Shown here: positions 55,483 to 55,495 of the stretch, in pieces
Numbering within the stretch: position 1 is the stretch's first letter
Layout: the number at the start of each line of letters is the position of its first letter
Source of the DNA: a virus
Lineage: Duplodnaviria > Caudoviricetes
IMG/VR virus record: IMGVR_UViG_3300043449_001017
Span: 1 to 55,495 of that record
Strand: one strand, 5' to 3'
DNA: 55,495 nucleotides
Program-made: the position numbers and the translations under genes
Notes under the pieces: generated by a model
Told to the model about the DNA's origin: nothing
The model's input: the letters and a program-made list of their open reading frames with translations, nothing else
Database searches by the model: none

Positions 55483-55495
55483 ATTCGAATTAACC
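55483..55495. repeat. 13-nt terminal direct repeat, probable cohesive end (cosN)
   Basis: Identical to 1-13. Confidence 0.7.

Noticed and set aside
1-55495. Photosynthesis genes, sigma factor, DNA polymerase, DNA methyltransferase
   Set aside because: No psbA/hli, sigma, polymerase or methyltransferase motifs were recognised in any ORF by eye.

Overview
The window looks like a complete 55.5-kb temperate, lambda-architecture siphovirus genome, written in reverse relative to the usual lambda map. The host is inferred to be a picocyanobacterium (Synechococcus/Cyanobium-like), from cyanobacterial-type LexA boxes and the style of the endolysin and NrdJ. The same 13-mer (ATTCGAATTAACC) sits at both ends, upstream of terS and next to a lambda cosQ-like heptamer, which suggests true cos termini. 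Modules: (1) 1-2.3 kb, a strongly CG-depleted terminal 'leader' with a GP88-like gene and stacked terminators; (2) 2.3-2.7 kb, a non-coding block of four different repeat arrays, one being four tandem LexA boxes over a sigma70-like promoter; (3) 2.7-7 kb, small accessory genes; (4) 7-14.4 kb, origin candidate, primase-helicase, VRR-NUC, SF2 helicase, RecE/RecT-like pair and SSB; (5) 14.4-22 kb, a mosaic small-gene region with an RNAP alpha-CTD-like protein and a dNMP kinase; (6) attP (3' half of tRNA-Thr) and a tyrosine integrase; (7) NrdJ, ThyX, dCTP deaminase and lysis genes; (8) 29.4-55.3 kb, lambda-like tail, head and terminase genes. No CI-type repressor with a self-cleavage domain is evident. 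The best candidate for a new system is the CG-purged terminal leader gated by a host-LexA operator array. All product calls come from reading motifs by eye, with no database searches.
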